DNA of 64,000 nt from an uncultured Nitrospiraceae bacterium (GTDB lineage Bacteria > Nitrospirota > Thermodesulfovibrionia > Thermodesulfovibrionales > Dissulfurispiraceae), in NCBI GenBank assembly GCA_963727805.1, contig CAVSHF010000005.1:480001-544000 (forward strand), given 5' to 3'. Position 1 is the stretch's first letter, and every line of letters starts with the position of its first letter. Below the pieces are notes generated by a model. That model was not told the origin of the DNA and ran no database searches. It worked only from the letters and a program-made list of their open reading frames with translations. The position numbers and the translations under genes were made by a program. This document shows positions 31,249-41,759 of this stretch, in pieces.

Positions 31249-32400
31249 CTAGGGTCTATCCGCCATGAAAACTGCATCCAGTTTCTTCCAGCAGCAGTCG
31301 GCGGTGAATTTCTCCCGGAAGTAATCGATCCCCTCCTGTCTTACCGAGCAGTAAAGGGCTTCGTCGGCAACCAGTCGAGTCACCGCATCGGCAAAGCTAC
31401 GTTCATCGTCGGCAAGGATGCAGCCGTTGCGGCTCTTTTGCAACATCCCGGTGAGACCCCATTTGGTGGTGACGACCGGTCTACCATAGGATAATGCCTC
31501 GACAACTTTCACCTTGAGACCGGTCCCCGAAATCAGGGGGCAGATGACAACCTTTGCTTTGCGGTAGATCGTGTCGAGATCGACTACATGAGGGATGAGT
31601 GTGAGGTTGGGCTTGGGTGCGACGGAACCCGCTATCTTTCCCACCACGGAAATCTTGAAGGTATCCGGTAGCAGAGGATATACCCGCTCCATGAACCAGG
31701 CCATTCCTTCTTTGTTAAATACGTTGTCGGAACCGATGAACATGGCATCGTACTGATACTCCCTCTCCGTTTGGAACCTCTCGACAAACGCTACAGGAAC
31801 GTCCACAAACCGAGTATGGGGGCAGAAAGGAGCAAGCATTACCGTTTCTTCTTCCGCAATGCTCAAGGCAAAGTCAAACTTGCTGATTGCATTCACCTCT
31901 GCCTCAAACATCCGGCCGAATTTGAACACTTTGTTCTTTGAAGTCAGATGCTCATTTAGCGTCACGAAATCATGGAGGTCGATTACGGTGGTTATATTTT
32001 CCCTTACAGCATTGACCAACTTTTCGTAATAAACGTAGCTGACGAGAACATAATCGTAGTTATGGCTACGGAGTGCCGTCTTCCATTGGGAGCGCAGGCT
32101 CGGCAGGGTCAGGTCAAATAATCGACCACGTATCTTTTTGATGTAGTCATACCACTTTAGCAATGGCTGCCATTCTAAAACATGGACGTTATCAAAGAAA
32201 GACTTTCCCTTTGCCAGAGATTCTTCGTCCCACCTGTTGGTGAACCCGCAGAAGCTAAAGAGGTCTAGAACAAAGCCGCGCGCCTTGAAATAACGTACAA
32301 GAGCGTCAAACCTGCTGTGGGTCCCCGAACTCATCTCAAAGAAGTTGTGGGGGTAGAAGATGAGTATTCTTTTTTGTTCAACAGTCATCAATTCACCCAA
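31249..32400 (-). CDS. GT-B fold glycosyltransferase (family 4-like)
   Basis: PLISGTGLKVKVVEALSYGRPVVTT. Confidence 0.88.
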   Translation of the reverse strand: MGELMTVEQKRILIFYPHNFFEMSSGTHSRFDALVRYFKARGFVLDLFSFCGFTNRWDEESLAKGKSFFDNVHVLEWQPLLKWYDYIKKIRGRLFDLTLPSLRSQWKTALRSHNYDYVLVSYVYYEKLVNAVRENITTVIDLHDFVTLNEHLTSKNKVFKFGRMFEAEVNAISKFDFALSIAEEETVMLAPFCPHTRFVDVPVAFVERFQTEREYQYDAMFIGSDNVFNKEGMAWFMERVYPLLPDTFKISVVGKIAGSVAPKPNLTLIPHVVDLDTIYRKAKVVICPLISGTGLKVKVVEALSYGRPVVTTKWGLTGMLQKSRNGCILADDERSFADAVTRLVADEALYCSVRQEGIDYFREKFTADCCWKKLDAVFMADRP

Positions 32401-32454
32401 TTTGTTTCGGATTTTACATTAATCATTACTTTAATTTACAGATAATTCCTCACC

Positions 32455-32915
32455 TTTATCAAAAAGCAGCAAGAGTTTCTCCGGCACAGCTATCCAATGA
32501 GAACTGCTTGGCGCGCTAGAAACCTTGATTGGCGAAGTGTTCCCTTAGATTTTCGTCGTTAAGTAATTGTCTTATCCCATCTGTTACATCATTAATTGCC
32601 TCTGGATAATCTATAAAGGCAGCTGCATTGTCCCCAAAAAATACTCTTTCTTTCTAATTTATAATAATTATTATTTAACTTATTCCATATATAGCTGAGT
32701 GAACGTGCAATTCTAATGAAAAGGAATCCTATTTTACATGTTCCATTTATATCATTAATAACTGATAAATTCTTATCTAATATAATCATTTGATAGATAA
32801 TTGGTTCATACAAACCATCGTATAAATAATATTCATTATCCGGAGCTATCTTTACAAAAGTTTTGACAAGATTATATGTATAATGGCCACTCCGGATAAA
32901 GGAGATTAGTCTTAA
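32455..32915 (-). pseudogene. GT4 remnant with large internal deletion
   Basis: GHYTYNLVKTFVKIAPDNEYYLY (N-terminal) and LLNDENLREHFANQGF*RAKQFSLDSCAGETL (C-terminal). Confidence 0.65.
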
Positions 32916-32924
32916 CTTTCTGAG

Positions 32925-33080
32925 TCATTTCGACGCTGCGGGCGTGTTGTCGATTGAGCCATTATCGACACCGATGATCTCGAACTGATTCGCTGCACAA
33001 TCGAGCCAGGCCAGTTACGGCAATGTTGCCTGCAAATCCAAGGCACGGTTATGCATGCATATACCCGCAGACCAATGTAA
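32925..33080 (-). pseudogene. GT2 N-terminal remnant
   Basis: SAGICMHNRALDLQATLP*...FEIIGVDNGSIDNT. Confidence 0.65.
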
Positions 33081-33082
33081 GC

Positions 33083-34231
33083 TCACGTGTCTTTGCTTCC
33101 ATATAAGCCCAGGGTTTCCTGGCACATCTTTTCTTTGGAGAAAAACGTCTTCACCCTTTGTGCCCCTTTCGCTCCCATATTCTTCCTTTTGACCTCTGAG
33201 TTTATCAGCGAACTAATGGCGGTGTAAAGCTGTTCTGCGTTTTTCGGTTCTATAATAGTGCCGGTCACGCCGTCAAGAACCGCTTCCCTGTTTCCCCCCA
33301 CGTCTGTTGCGATCACCGGTCTGCCGGCTGCCATGGCCTCAAGAACGACGAAAGGGAATCCCTCAAGCACAGAAGGGAGGACAAAGATATCTGCTAATTG
33401 GAGAATGTCAGGAATGTCATCACGGAAGCCTGCAAAACTAACGCTATGCGTAAGTTGTCTGGCCTTAACATCTGTTTCGAGTGAAGACCGCAGAGGCCCA
33501 TCGCCCACCAAAATTAAGATTGAGGACGGATTCTCCTTAGACAATCTTTCAAAAGCCTCAATAAGGTATCTCTGTCCTTTTTCTTCGGTGAGCCTACCGA
33601 CATTTACCACTACCGTGCTACCTTCACGAACGTTGAACTCCCGCCTAAGCGTTCCATTCTTTCCTTTGATAGTGGAGAAGGCTGTGTAGTCAATACCGTT
33701 ATGGATAACCAGCAACTTATTTGCCGGCATTCCATAAGTTTCAATTAGGACGTTCCTGTTTGTCTCAGACACGGTGATCACTTGTTCCGCCCTTTGGAAA
33801 GACAATTTCATGAGAGGATTGAACAGGAGATGTGCCCAGAAGACATATGCCCCACTTCTGTACGGATTTGCCAGGACGGAATGCTCAGTTATGAAATACC
33901 TGCGTTTAAGTAAGGCAGCAACCAATAGAAGCCATCGGCAAGAATGCGAAGAAGGAAGGGAAAAGTGGAATAGCTCCCTTGTATGCTTCAGAAAAAATTG
34001 CAGTGCAAGGTAGATGTTTAATATATAAATTGCCTTGTACTGCTGAACACCTATAACATTAATGCCATGGTCTTGCAATTTCCTTCTGAACTCCTTGTTA
34101 ATATCTTTGGGTGTTAAGGCCACTGAAACCGTGACAAAAGTATCAGAGGCCTTGATCGCCAAATCTAGCAAATATTTCTCAGCGCCACCATAACCATTCG
34201 AGTCAGTAATATAAATAATCTCTTTTTCCAT
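33083..34231 (-). CDS. Glycosyltransferase family 4
   Basis: GGAEKY, VIHNGID, EGFPFVVLEAMAAGRPVIATDVGG. Confidence 0.93.
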   Translation of the reverse strand: MEKEIIYITDSNGYGGAEKYLLDLAIKASDTFVTVSVALTPKDINKEFRRKLQDHGINVIGVQQYKAIYILNIYLALQFFLKHTRELFHFSLPSSHSCRWLLLVAALLKRRYFITEHSVLANPYRSGAYVFWAHLLFNPLMKLSFQRAEQVITVSETNRNVLIETYGMPANKLLVIHNGIDYTAFSTIKGKNGTLRREFNVREGSTVVVNVGRLTEEKGQRYLIEAFERLSKENPSSILILVGDGPLRSSLETDVKARQLTHSVSFAGFRDDIPDILQLADIFVLPSVLEGFPFVVLEAMAAGRPVIATDVGGNREAVLDGVTGTIIEPKNAEQLYTAISSLINSEVKRKNMGAKGAQRVKTFFSKEKMCQETLGLYGSKDT

Positions 34232-34244
34232 ATAGTCAAGTTAT

Positions 34245-35111
34245 TCACTTATAAAAAATAAATTTATTTCTAAAAGGTGTTTTTGCTTTTACGGATATCA
34301 CTATATTTAATATGATATCTTCTATCAGACATAATAACACCTTTATATCGAATCCATTAAATTGTTTTTTGGCAATCTTATGCAACAGATAATTGTATTT
34401 TGCGAAGATAAGTGTCCTCAGTGGTCTCCCTGTTTTACTAATAGTTGTTATCGAATTAGAATGGATCCGATATTTCAACAGCTCTTCGTCAATTTTTTCA
34501 ATTTTATGTCCGTCTGATGCTATTCTTAGCCACAAATCATAATCTTCAGCATCCTTTTGTTTTGGATTAAACCCATAATTGGCGATTACCTCCTTCCTAA
34601 TCATGACACCCGGATGAACGACACAATTCTCTTTGGGAAGTAGCTGATAGATTTCAGACCATGTTGTTGTATTCTTGTCCGCAAGCCATAGCCCGTCTTC
34701 AGTCCCTTTGGCATTGATTAACAGGGCTTTAACAGATACTACGCTAATTAGAGGATGAGAGTCTAGAAACAATACCTCTTTTGCGAATCGTTCAGGAAGG
34801 CTGATATCGTCAGCATCCATTCTTGCGATATATTCGCCATTAGCCAGTTTGACGCCTTTGTTCAATGTCGGGACCAACCCCATGTTTCTTTCATTGTGGA
34901 CCAGACGTATGCGCGGATCTCGGTATGATTGAATAATCTCGACACTCCGGTCGGTTGAACCGTCGTTGATGATCAATAATTCGAAATCGGTGAAGCTTTG
35001 GCCGAGAATACTTTCAATGGCTTCCCTCAAGTATTCCTCGCCGTTATATACCGGCATCAGAACCGTGACTTTGGGAATGTTCGACATATTCCAGACTACA
35101 TCCTTATCCAT
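34245..35111 (-). CDS. Glycosyltransferase family 2
   Basis: VTVLMPVYN, INDGSTD, ARMDADD, AEDYDLWLR; start possibly 35087. Confidence 0.92.
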   Translation of the reverse strand: MDKDVVWNMSNIPKVTVLMPVYNGEEYLREAIESILGQSFTDFELLIINDGSTDRSVEIIQSYRDPRIRLVHNERNMGLVPTLNKGVKLANGEYIARMDADDISLPERFAKEVLFLDSHPLISVVSVKALLINAKGTEDGLWLADKNTTTWSEIYQLLPKENCVVHPGVMIRKEVIANYGFNPKQKDAEDYDLWLRIASDGHKIEKIDEELLKYRIHSNSITTISKTGRPLRTLIFAKYNYLLHKIAKKQFNGFDIKVLLCLIEDIILNIVISVKAKTPFRNKFIFYK

Positions 35112-35986
35112 GTCTCGGGCAGAAGATCGGCAGTGTTGATGCTTTCGTCATTGAACCACCTCTTCGGCGCAATGACGATCTTACGGAGATCGGAGCCGAG
35201 CCATGCCCCCCACCAACTGAACGAACTATTTGCAATAATGTGATGCTTACAAAAAGTCATAAGTCGCAAATCTTCATACCCTTTGTCCGGACTATTATGA
35301 TCCAGAAAGGTTGGAACACAAGAAAACCGTAGGTTTTCTTGTGCCCATGCAGGGTCATCTGAAAAGACAAAGAAATGCGGGTGAGCCACGTCTGAAATGA
35401 TCTTTTCCATAGCGGATGCGTAATAATCCTGAGAGCACGTCCCGTGGAATGCGCTGGCAGTTGCACGCGATACGTAATCTCCCCTGCGCACGTGAATCGA
35501 GACCGCTTCGGTGTTCTTGATCTTTTCCATAAACTGTCTGTTAAGAGTGGTTGGTTCTGTCCTGACGGAAAATTCTTTGCGTATAATCTCTTCAACGTCT
35601 TTAAAATACTTTTCGCTCTGCCAGTACCCTTCGAGATAGACATCGCCTCGCAATTTCAGAAGAGTGGGATCAACATGATAATGTTTTTCAATGATATGGC
35701 TCGGCCTGTAGAAAGGGTTTATATTGGTTGCAAATCTTCTTGCGGCTACTTTAAAGAAAGCGTCTCTCCCCTTTCTTAACCGTGCCACTTCCTGCGCAGA
35801 GGCAAAATCTTCTTGTATGGCAAAAGGACCGAGTTCATAATGCCGGGGTGTCTCTAACTCTGATATGCTGTTAAGCCCGTCAAGGTCAAGTTTCAAGTTA
35901 GTGTTGTTTACAAGGGCAAGTCTCCGGCCAGCAGCATACTGGAACATCTGGTTTCCCATACCTCCCATGAGCCTTACGATTACCAT
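35096..35986 (-). CDS. Alpha-1,2-fucosyltransferase (GT11)
   Basis: GGMGNQMFQYA, GYWQSEKYF, IHVRRGDY, IIANSSFSWWGAW. Confidence 0.93.
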   Translation of the reverse strand: MVIVRLMGGMGNQMFQYAAGRRLALVNNTNLKLDLDGLNSISELETPRHYELGPFAIQEDFASAQEVARLRKGRDAFFKVAARRFATNINPFYRPSHIIEKHYHVDPTLLKLRGDVYLEGYWQSEKYFKDVEEIIRKEFSVRTEPTTLNRQFMEKIKNTEAVSIHVRRGDYVSRATASAFHGTCSQDYYASAMEKIISDVAHPHFFVFSDDPAWAQENLRFSCVPTFLDHNSPDKGYEDLRLMTFCKHHIIANSSFSWWGAWLGSDLRKIVIAPKRWFNDESINTADLLPETWIRM

Positions 35987-36003
35987 TAGCCGTGGCACTC
36001 CTG

Positions 36004-36705
36004 TTAAAGTTTTTTTGCAAGCACATGATACCCAAAACACAAAAGCTCTTCAGAGCCTTTGTCCGTGCTGCTGAACCGTGCAAGCATTTCCAACAAGACA
36101 GTAGTACATAATTTTTCCACTAAATTCATTTTGCTCTTACAATAGGTGTCTGCAATTTGGGGGATTCTGCGAACTTCCTGGGCAATATACTCAAAATAAT
36201 TGCCGTTGGCAGCGATTTCAGTAAGGTCAAATTCGACTTCTTTGAGATATTTTTTGTAGAAATAGGAATTGAAGCCAGTGTAGAAATGGTAGGGCGCAAA
36301 GTGGGTCAGACTACAAAAGGGGGCAGTAATGATGAGCTGTCCGCCTGATTTCAACAATCGCGCAAATTCCTGGATAGCCAGTATCGGATTCGGCAGATGT
36401 TCAAATACTTCGATGCACATAATGGCGTCAAATGAAGCATCCGGTTCAGGAATGGCTGTAACATCACTGATGATATCGAGCTTTGTCTGATCCCACGAGC
36501 CCATCTGCAAACCTCTGCTATCTCCGTGACCATCATACTGCGCAAAATCCTGAGCGACATAAGAAAGATGAGAGCAGAATCGCTGGAACTGCCGTTCTCC
36601 AGCACCTGCATCAAGAATACGCGATCCGGCTGGAATCTGTTTAAGGGTTTTTTCCAGCCAGACAATGCGGTTAGACTCATTTTTTGTGCCGACGGTTCTT
36701 ATCAT
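36004..36705 (-). CDS. Class I SAM-dependent methyltransferase
   Basis: ILDAGAG, FDAIMCIEVFEH, LIITAPF; ATG 36705 overlaps the upstream stop. Confidence 0.88.
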   Translation of the reverse strand: MIRTVGTKNESNRIVWLEKTLKQIPAGSRILDAGAGERQFQRFCSHLSYVAQDFAQYDGHGDSRGLQMGSWDQTKLDIISDVTAIPEPDASFDAIMCIEVFEHLPNPILAIQEFARLLKSGGQLIITAPFCSLTHFAPYHFYTGFNSYFYKKYLKEVEFDLTEIAANGNYFEYIAQEVRRIPQIADTYCKSKMNLVEKLCTTVLLEMLARFSSTDKGSEELLCFGYHVLAKKL

Positions 36706-37409
36706 GCGATTTTCCTGAACCATAAACACCCACAACCATAAGTTTCTGCATCCGCCATAGTTTTTGACGCGTTTCGAATCAACCCGCCATTCTTTGGGTC
36801 TTCCGGAATCAATGCAAATTCTTGGAGTTTAAGTTCCGAAAAGGAACTCATAATCTGGTCATACGAGTATATCCGATGGGCGTTGAACATTATTTTTGGT
36901 TTGCCAATGGGTACGACCAAGAGCAATGAACCTCCCACTGCCAGTACCCTCTTCAATTCGGCGATTGCCCTCAAATCTCCCTCCGGATCAAGCAAGTCTC
37001 CGTAGCGGCCCATGCCTATATGCTCTACAACGTGCATACAGGATAAAGACTGAATGCTCATGTCTGCAAAGGGTAGGGCAAGCAAGTCTACCGCTTCTGA
37101 AGTGAGGTCACTCAATTGCAGGTCAGCCGGACGGTAATCATAGAATTTGACCGGAATAAATGCTGAGACGATGGAACAAAAATGAAGAGTAGAAGAGATA
37201 TCAACATGAAAATCCGGTTTGTTTTGGGATAGTATACGCGCTGCCCAGGCAGGGTGGTAGACATAGTGGCGGTCGAAGCCTGTCGTTCTCGTCCTGTCAT
37301 TGAGGCAAGGATAACGGTCTCTCCACCGCATAGAGAATCGTCTCTCGGAAGAAGATGCTCTTATTTTAAATTTTATATATTCCTTTATGAAGCCAAAATA
37401 TTTGATCAC
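36702..37409 (-). CDS. DUF268-like methyltransferase-fold protein
   Basis: FDRHYVYH, SCMHVVEHIGMGRYGD, FNAHRIY. Confidence 0.8.
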   Translation of the reverse strand: MIKYFGFIKEYIKFKIRASSSERRFSMRWRDRYPCLNDRTRTTGFDRHYVYHPAWAARILSQNKPDFHVDISSTLHFCSIVSAFIPVKFYDYRPADLQLSDLTSEAVDLLALPFADMSIQSLSCMHVVEHIGMGRYGDLLDPEGDLRAIAELKRVLAVGGSLLLVVPIGKPKIMFNAHRIYSYDQIMSSFSELKLQEFALIPEDPKNGGLIRNASKTMADAETYGCGCLWFRKIA

Positions 37410-38083
37410 GTTAGCTTCCTAAATTTTTTAATAAGGTCTTCTAAAAATTGAGTAGGAACATTCTTTTTGTGTTTAGCCTCAAATACAATCTGACTTGAAT
37501 CTAAGCAAGTATATTTGATGTCAGTAACTTTCTTTGATTTTATATTGTCAAACCACTCATAACCTTCAAACATTATATTGTGGAGGGAAGAAATGAGTCC
37601 GTTGTGACCGGCAACTAATGATTTATAAAACACATCCTGTACTTCAAGAAAGTCATTCAAGTGGGTGTCCTTCTTCGCAACCCAATAAATGACGTCATCT
37701 TTGTGATGTAATATATTTTTATGAACTTTGAAGTTATAAATATACTCATAATAAATAAGAGGATATTCAATGTATCCTTTATCGGCTATACGAGTTAATT
37801 CACTCAAGAAATAATCGACATCTTCCACATGCTCCAAAACATGAGAACATATAACATAATTAAACTCTTTATCTTTAAACGGGAGTTGTCCACCTTCATA
37901 AAAAACGACTAGCTTGCCTGTTTCGAGTTCTGGAGTATAACCTCGTTGCTCCTCTGCTTCACTTTGCGTCTCAAACGCTTTTTCCAACAAGACGTCAGAT
38001 CGAGGATGAGGGCTCCCACCCGGACCTATTTCTAAGACCCTGTCAGTTGCTTTAATACTTTTTATTCGATTAGGAAAAAACAA
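37406..38083 (-). CDS. Methyltransferase type 11 domain protein
   Basis: VLEIGPG, LPFKDKEFNYVICSHVLEH. Confidence 0.85.
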   Translation of the reverse strand: MFFPNRIKSIKATDRVLEIGPGGSPHPRSDVLLEKAFETQSEAEEQRGYTPELETGKLVVFYEGGQLPFKDKEFNYVICSHVLEHVEDVDYFLSELTRIADKGYIEYPLIYYEYIYNFKVHKNILHHKDDVIYWVAKKDTHLNDFLEVQDVFYKSLVAGHNGLISSLHNIMFEGYEWFDNIKSKKVTDIKYTCLDSSQIVFEAKHKKNVPTQFLEDLIKKFRKLT

Positions 38084-38103
38084 TTTTCACTCTTTTTAAT
38101 ACC

Positions 38104-39414
38104 TTATAAACGTTCCCATTGCAGAACAGGTGCTAAAATTCCAGGTCTCTTTATCATCCAGTAAGGAGAGTCGCTTAACCCTCCTTGGATCGTTACATCA
38201 ATGGACGGTGCATCTACCCCGGGTTCAGACAACCATTGTTTATAGTAAAGAGCTAAAAGGAGCTCAATCCTATAAACACCCTCATTCAAGAATCTGCTTG
38301 GAAGTTGGCTTCTTAAAAGGCAATACCCTTCATTCAATGTTGGCCAATTCTCTTCTGCGGAATCGGTATGACATGACCAATATAAGAGAGTACCTCCTTC
38401 ATTGTAAAGAGCGTAGCCGATCTGCAAAGAAGGGTCTATTTGCTTAATATTACCTTCAATATAAAGATAGAACTCGGAATTGTTGCTGACAGCAGTATTT
38501 TGTTGATTGCCCGTGTTATCCGCAATATAAAATTTCAAAGGCTTAAAATACGGATTATCATATTTATTGTCAAAGTTTATCCATTCTGTTTTTTCTAGTT
38601 CATTTTCTTGACTGAATAAATATCTCTTTATTACGGACCTGACATCGCGATCATATTTTTTGATCCGCCCCTTCTCGATGAGCAGGGCTTTAGAACATAG
38701 TTGCTCAATGGCATTCATGTTATGACTCACAAACAGTACCGTCCTGCCTTCCTTCGATGAGACATCCTCCATCTTTCCCAGGCATTTTTTCTGAAACTGG
38801 GCGTCTCCGACAGCAAGCACTTCGTCGACAACCAGTATTTCTGGCTCGAGGTGCGCCGAGACGGCAAAGGCGAGTCTTACGTACATGCCCGAAGAGTAAT
38901 GCTTCACCGGCGTGTCGAGAAACTTTTCTACCTCGGCGAAGGCAACGATCTCGTCGAATTTTCTCTTGATCTCCGTCCTGGTCATCCCGAGGATCGCGCC
39001 GTTGAGATAGATATTTTCCCTTCCCGTCAATTCAGGATGAAAGCCGGTCCCGACCTCAAGAAGGCTCGCCGCTCGGCCCCTTATGCGCACCCGTCCTTCT
39101 GTGGGTTCGGTGATCCTGCTCAATATCTTAAGGAGTGTAGATTTCCCCGCCCCATTCCGGCCGATAATGCCAACCCGCTCGCCTTTCGCTACTTCGAAGG
39201 AAACGTCCTTGAGGGCCCAGAACTCTTCATGAGTGGGATCCGTCGAGGACGGACCGCGAGAGAGGAAAGGACGTATGAGCTTCTTCCCCATATTCCTGAT
39301 GCTGTTAGCCATCAAGTCCCGCAGGAGAGTGTAAGACTCCTTCTTCTGATGGCGGAGAATATATTGCTTGCCAAGATTCTCAACCGTTATAATCTTATCA
39401 ATACCGCTATTCAC
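38104..39414 (-). CDS. wzt: Polysaccharide ABC exporter ATPase with C-terminal carbohydrate-binding domain
   Basis: GRNGAGKST, YSSGMYVRLAF, LVVDEVLAVGD; C-terminal extension. Confidence 0.93.
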   Translation of the reverse strand: MNSGIDKIITVENLGKQYILRHQKKESYTLLRDLMANSIRNMGKKLIRPFLSRGPSSTDPTHEEFWALKDVSFEVAKGERVGIIGRNGAGKSTLLKILSRITEPTEGRVRIRGRAASLLEVGTGFHPELTGRENIYLNGAILGMTRTEIKRKFDEIVAFAEVEKFLDTPVKHYSSGMYVRLAFAVSAHLEPEILVVDEVLAVGDAQFQKKCLGKMEDVSSKEGRTVLFVSHNMNAIEQLCSKALLIEKGRIKKYDRDVRSVIKRYLFSQENELEKTEWINFDNKYDNPYFKPLKFYIADNTGNQQNTAVSNNSEFYLYIEGNIKQIDPSLQIGYALYNEGGTLLYWSCHTDSAEENWPTLNEGYCLLRSQLPSRFLNEGVYRIELLLALYYKQWLSEPGVDAPSIDVTIQGGLSDSPYWMIKRPGILAPVLQWERL

Positions 39415-39423
39415 TTCCTTGTC

Positions 39424-40251
39424 TCAAATAATGTCCGCAAACTTCTTTTCCGTATCCCTGAAATACCATATCCCCCCCAAAAAGGCCACTATGATGAGCG
39501 AAGTGGAGAGACAGAACCCGGGCCAGTAGATCTGAGCATCGCTCCCAAGTATAGCCCAGCGAAAACCGTCGATGACTCCGACCATGGGGTTGACAGAATA
39601 AAGAAGACGCCACTTTCCCGGTACTATGCTACTGCTGAACCCCACTGGCGATATATAAAGCCCGAACTGTACGATGAATGGTACGATAATGCGAAAGTCG
39701 CGATATTTAACATTCAGGGCTGCGAGCCAGAGTCCGAACCCGAAGGAGGCGAGAAAGGCGAGCATCAGAAATAATGGCAGAGTAAAGATGTGCCAGTTCG
39801 GAATAAACCGATACCACAACATGAGCATAGCAAGGATAACAAAGGAAATAAGGAAATCCACCATGCTGACGATCACCGCAGACGTTGGGATGATCATGCG
39901 GGGAAAGTAGATCTTCGTGAGCATATTGGCGTTCATGATCAATGAATTACTGCTCTCAGAGAGCGAATTCGCAAAGAACTGCCACGGGAGCATCGCCGTA
40001 AAAACGAGGATGGGGTATGGCACGCCTTCTGACGGAAACTTCGCCAGATTGCCGAAGACGATGGTAAAAACAACCATGGTAAGCAGAGGACGGATGATGC
40101 CCCAGGCGACCCCGATCACAGTCTGTTTATACCGTACTAAGATATCGCGCCAAGAGAGGAAATACAACAGTTCCTTGTACTGCCAGAGGTCTCGCCAGTA
40201 ATGCCTTATGCCCCTGCCAGGCTCGATGACCAGCTCATAATTATCCGCCAT
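39424..40251 (-). CDS. wzm: Polysaccharide ABC exporter permease
   Basis: RDILVRYKQTVIG, KIYFPR, LNVKYRDF, NPMVGVIDGFR. Confidence 0.93.
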   Translation of the reverse strand: MADNYELVIEPGRGIRHYWRDLWQYKELLYFLSWRDILVRYKQTVIGVAWGIIRPLLTMVVFTIVFGNLAKFPSEGVPYPILVFTAMLPWQFFANSLSESSNSLIMNANMLTKIYFPRMIIPTSAVIVSMVDFLISFVILAMLMLWYRFIPNWHIFTLPLFLMLAFLASFGFGLWLAALNVKYRDFRIIVPFIVQFGLYISPVGFSSSIVPGKWRLLYSVNPMVGVIDGFRWAILGSDAQIYWPGFCLSTSLIIVAFLGGIWYFRDTEKKFADII

Positions 40252-40271
40252 TCAATAACTCCCTTCGCGCA

Positions 40272-40643
40272 TCACAATGGAAAGACCGCCTTTATCATAT
40301 TGCTCTCCACGCCGTTTTTGAGGAGTTCACTGAAGATCTCGTCCTTCTTTATTCTTCCCATATCCTTAGTATAGTCCTGCAGAAGATCAGAGGTAAGGCG
40401 GGTCTTTTCGTTAGAACCCTTCGGGGTCAGGAAGTAACATACCGCTTCGGGGGTATGGATCTGACCGTGATATAGCCCTCGACGACCAAATTCTTTATGT
40501 AGGAGTTCACCCGTCCCAGCGCGATGCCGAGACACCGGCTCAGGTCCCTCTGTGTTACAAAGCCGTTGCTTGAGAGTTCATCGAGCATGTACAGGAAGCT
40601 GCGTGGTTCGGCATCCTGCAGGCTACTCTCTTTTTTTGTTCAT
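40272..40643 (-). pseudogene. EPS-associated MarR-type winged-helix regulator, frameshifted
   Basis: LDELSSNGFVTQRDLSRCLGIALGRVNSYIKNLV in one frame, YFLTPKG..EKTRLT in another. Confidence 0.75.
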
Positions 40644-40751
40644 ATTATGAACATAGCACAGACCGACACAGGAACTCAAGCTTTCTCACTATAGCGAATT
40701 GACTCACATAAAATGTTACCGGAGGTGAAAGGAAGAAGGTATCGTTGACTC

Positions 40752-41000
40752 TTAATGCATGTTATAGAGAAAAGGCATGCATTGATAAGGGGGTACTATG
40801 AGATTCTGGGGCATTACCAACTGCGTGATCGAGTCTCTGTGAGCCATGAGAAATTGGGCAATAATAAGGGCATCTTTCTTGTCTGTCTTTGCCTTCCTTG
40901 GGGAAAGCTTCGAGAAACTGGCGATCGGCAGCTGGCTGATGATAATTGTGTTGATTCCTTTCGCAGCCAAGAAGTAAAAGAGTATTGGTAGCAAAAGCGG
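40752..41000 (-). mobile_element. IS110-family transposase fragment
   Basis: FSKLSPRKAKTDKKDALIIAQF resembles the KTDxxDA motif of the IS110 DEDD domain; both ends missing. Confidence 0.65.
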
Positions 41001-41419
41001 TCGCTGAGATCCGAGATTTTCTTATCTTTCTTCACCCTCATGGATGAATATCACCCATGCCGGCAATTCCGTAAATGCTCTCGGCGGGGGCGAATGATGC
41101 AGCAACATTGATCGCTGGCATTGCGGCAATATCAACATTGGGGGTCCCAGCTCTTTTCTCAAACTTCTTCCTGCTGGCATTTTCCATTTCCAGAAAGCTT
41201 AATGACGATAATAGCACAAAAAGTCCTTGTGGAAACCTTGAGGTGGTATAAAGTTCGTTTGGATCATGCTCTCAACGAGACATAATCCGCCTTAACTCGT
41301 CCGGCATCGGGCAAGGGTGGCAATCGTCCATGATCGTGTCACCTGATTCCTCTTTTTAGGTGTGGTCATATGTTTTGTTTCTAATCTCTGACCTGCATAC
41401 GTCTAAATTTCTGTTTGTG

Positions 41420-41740
41420 AATCTATGCATGTGCATCGGAACCGGTTATGGGTGGCCGTAAAAAGCTTCCCGCTGCCCTGGCTGCTTATGGTTCCATACT
41501 TTACCTTAAAACGCTACATTGTCCAAGCACACGGAATAGCGTCTCGCGCGGAAGTGCATCGAAATTCAAAGAATAACAGCCGCCTGCAGCTATCTCGTCG
41601 AGCATAATCAGGGCTACTTCTCTGCAATGAAAAAGCTCCGGGAGATGTCTCAAAAAAAGAAAATCTCTTCCCGTGAATTCATCAAGCTAATGAAAAAATA
41701 CCGCGTATCCGTTTCGGAACTCGTATTGAAAGATTTATTG
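41420..41740 (+). pseudogene. GT2 C-terminal remnant
   Basis: RNRLWVAVKSFPLPWLLMVPYFTLKRY..., continued in another frame KISSREFIKLMKKYRVSVSEL. Confidence 0.5.
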
Positions 41741-41759
41741 CACATGACTGCACCCCGAG

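Noticed and set aside
38851..39774. 307-aa plus-strand ORF
   Set aside because: Antisense shadow of wzm/wzt
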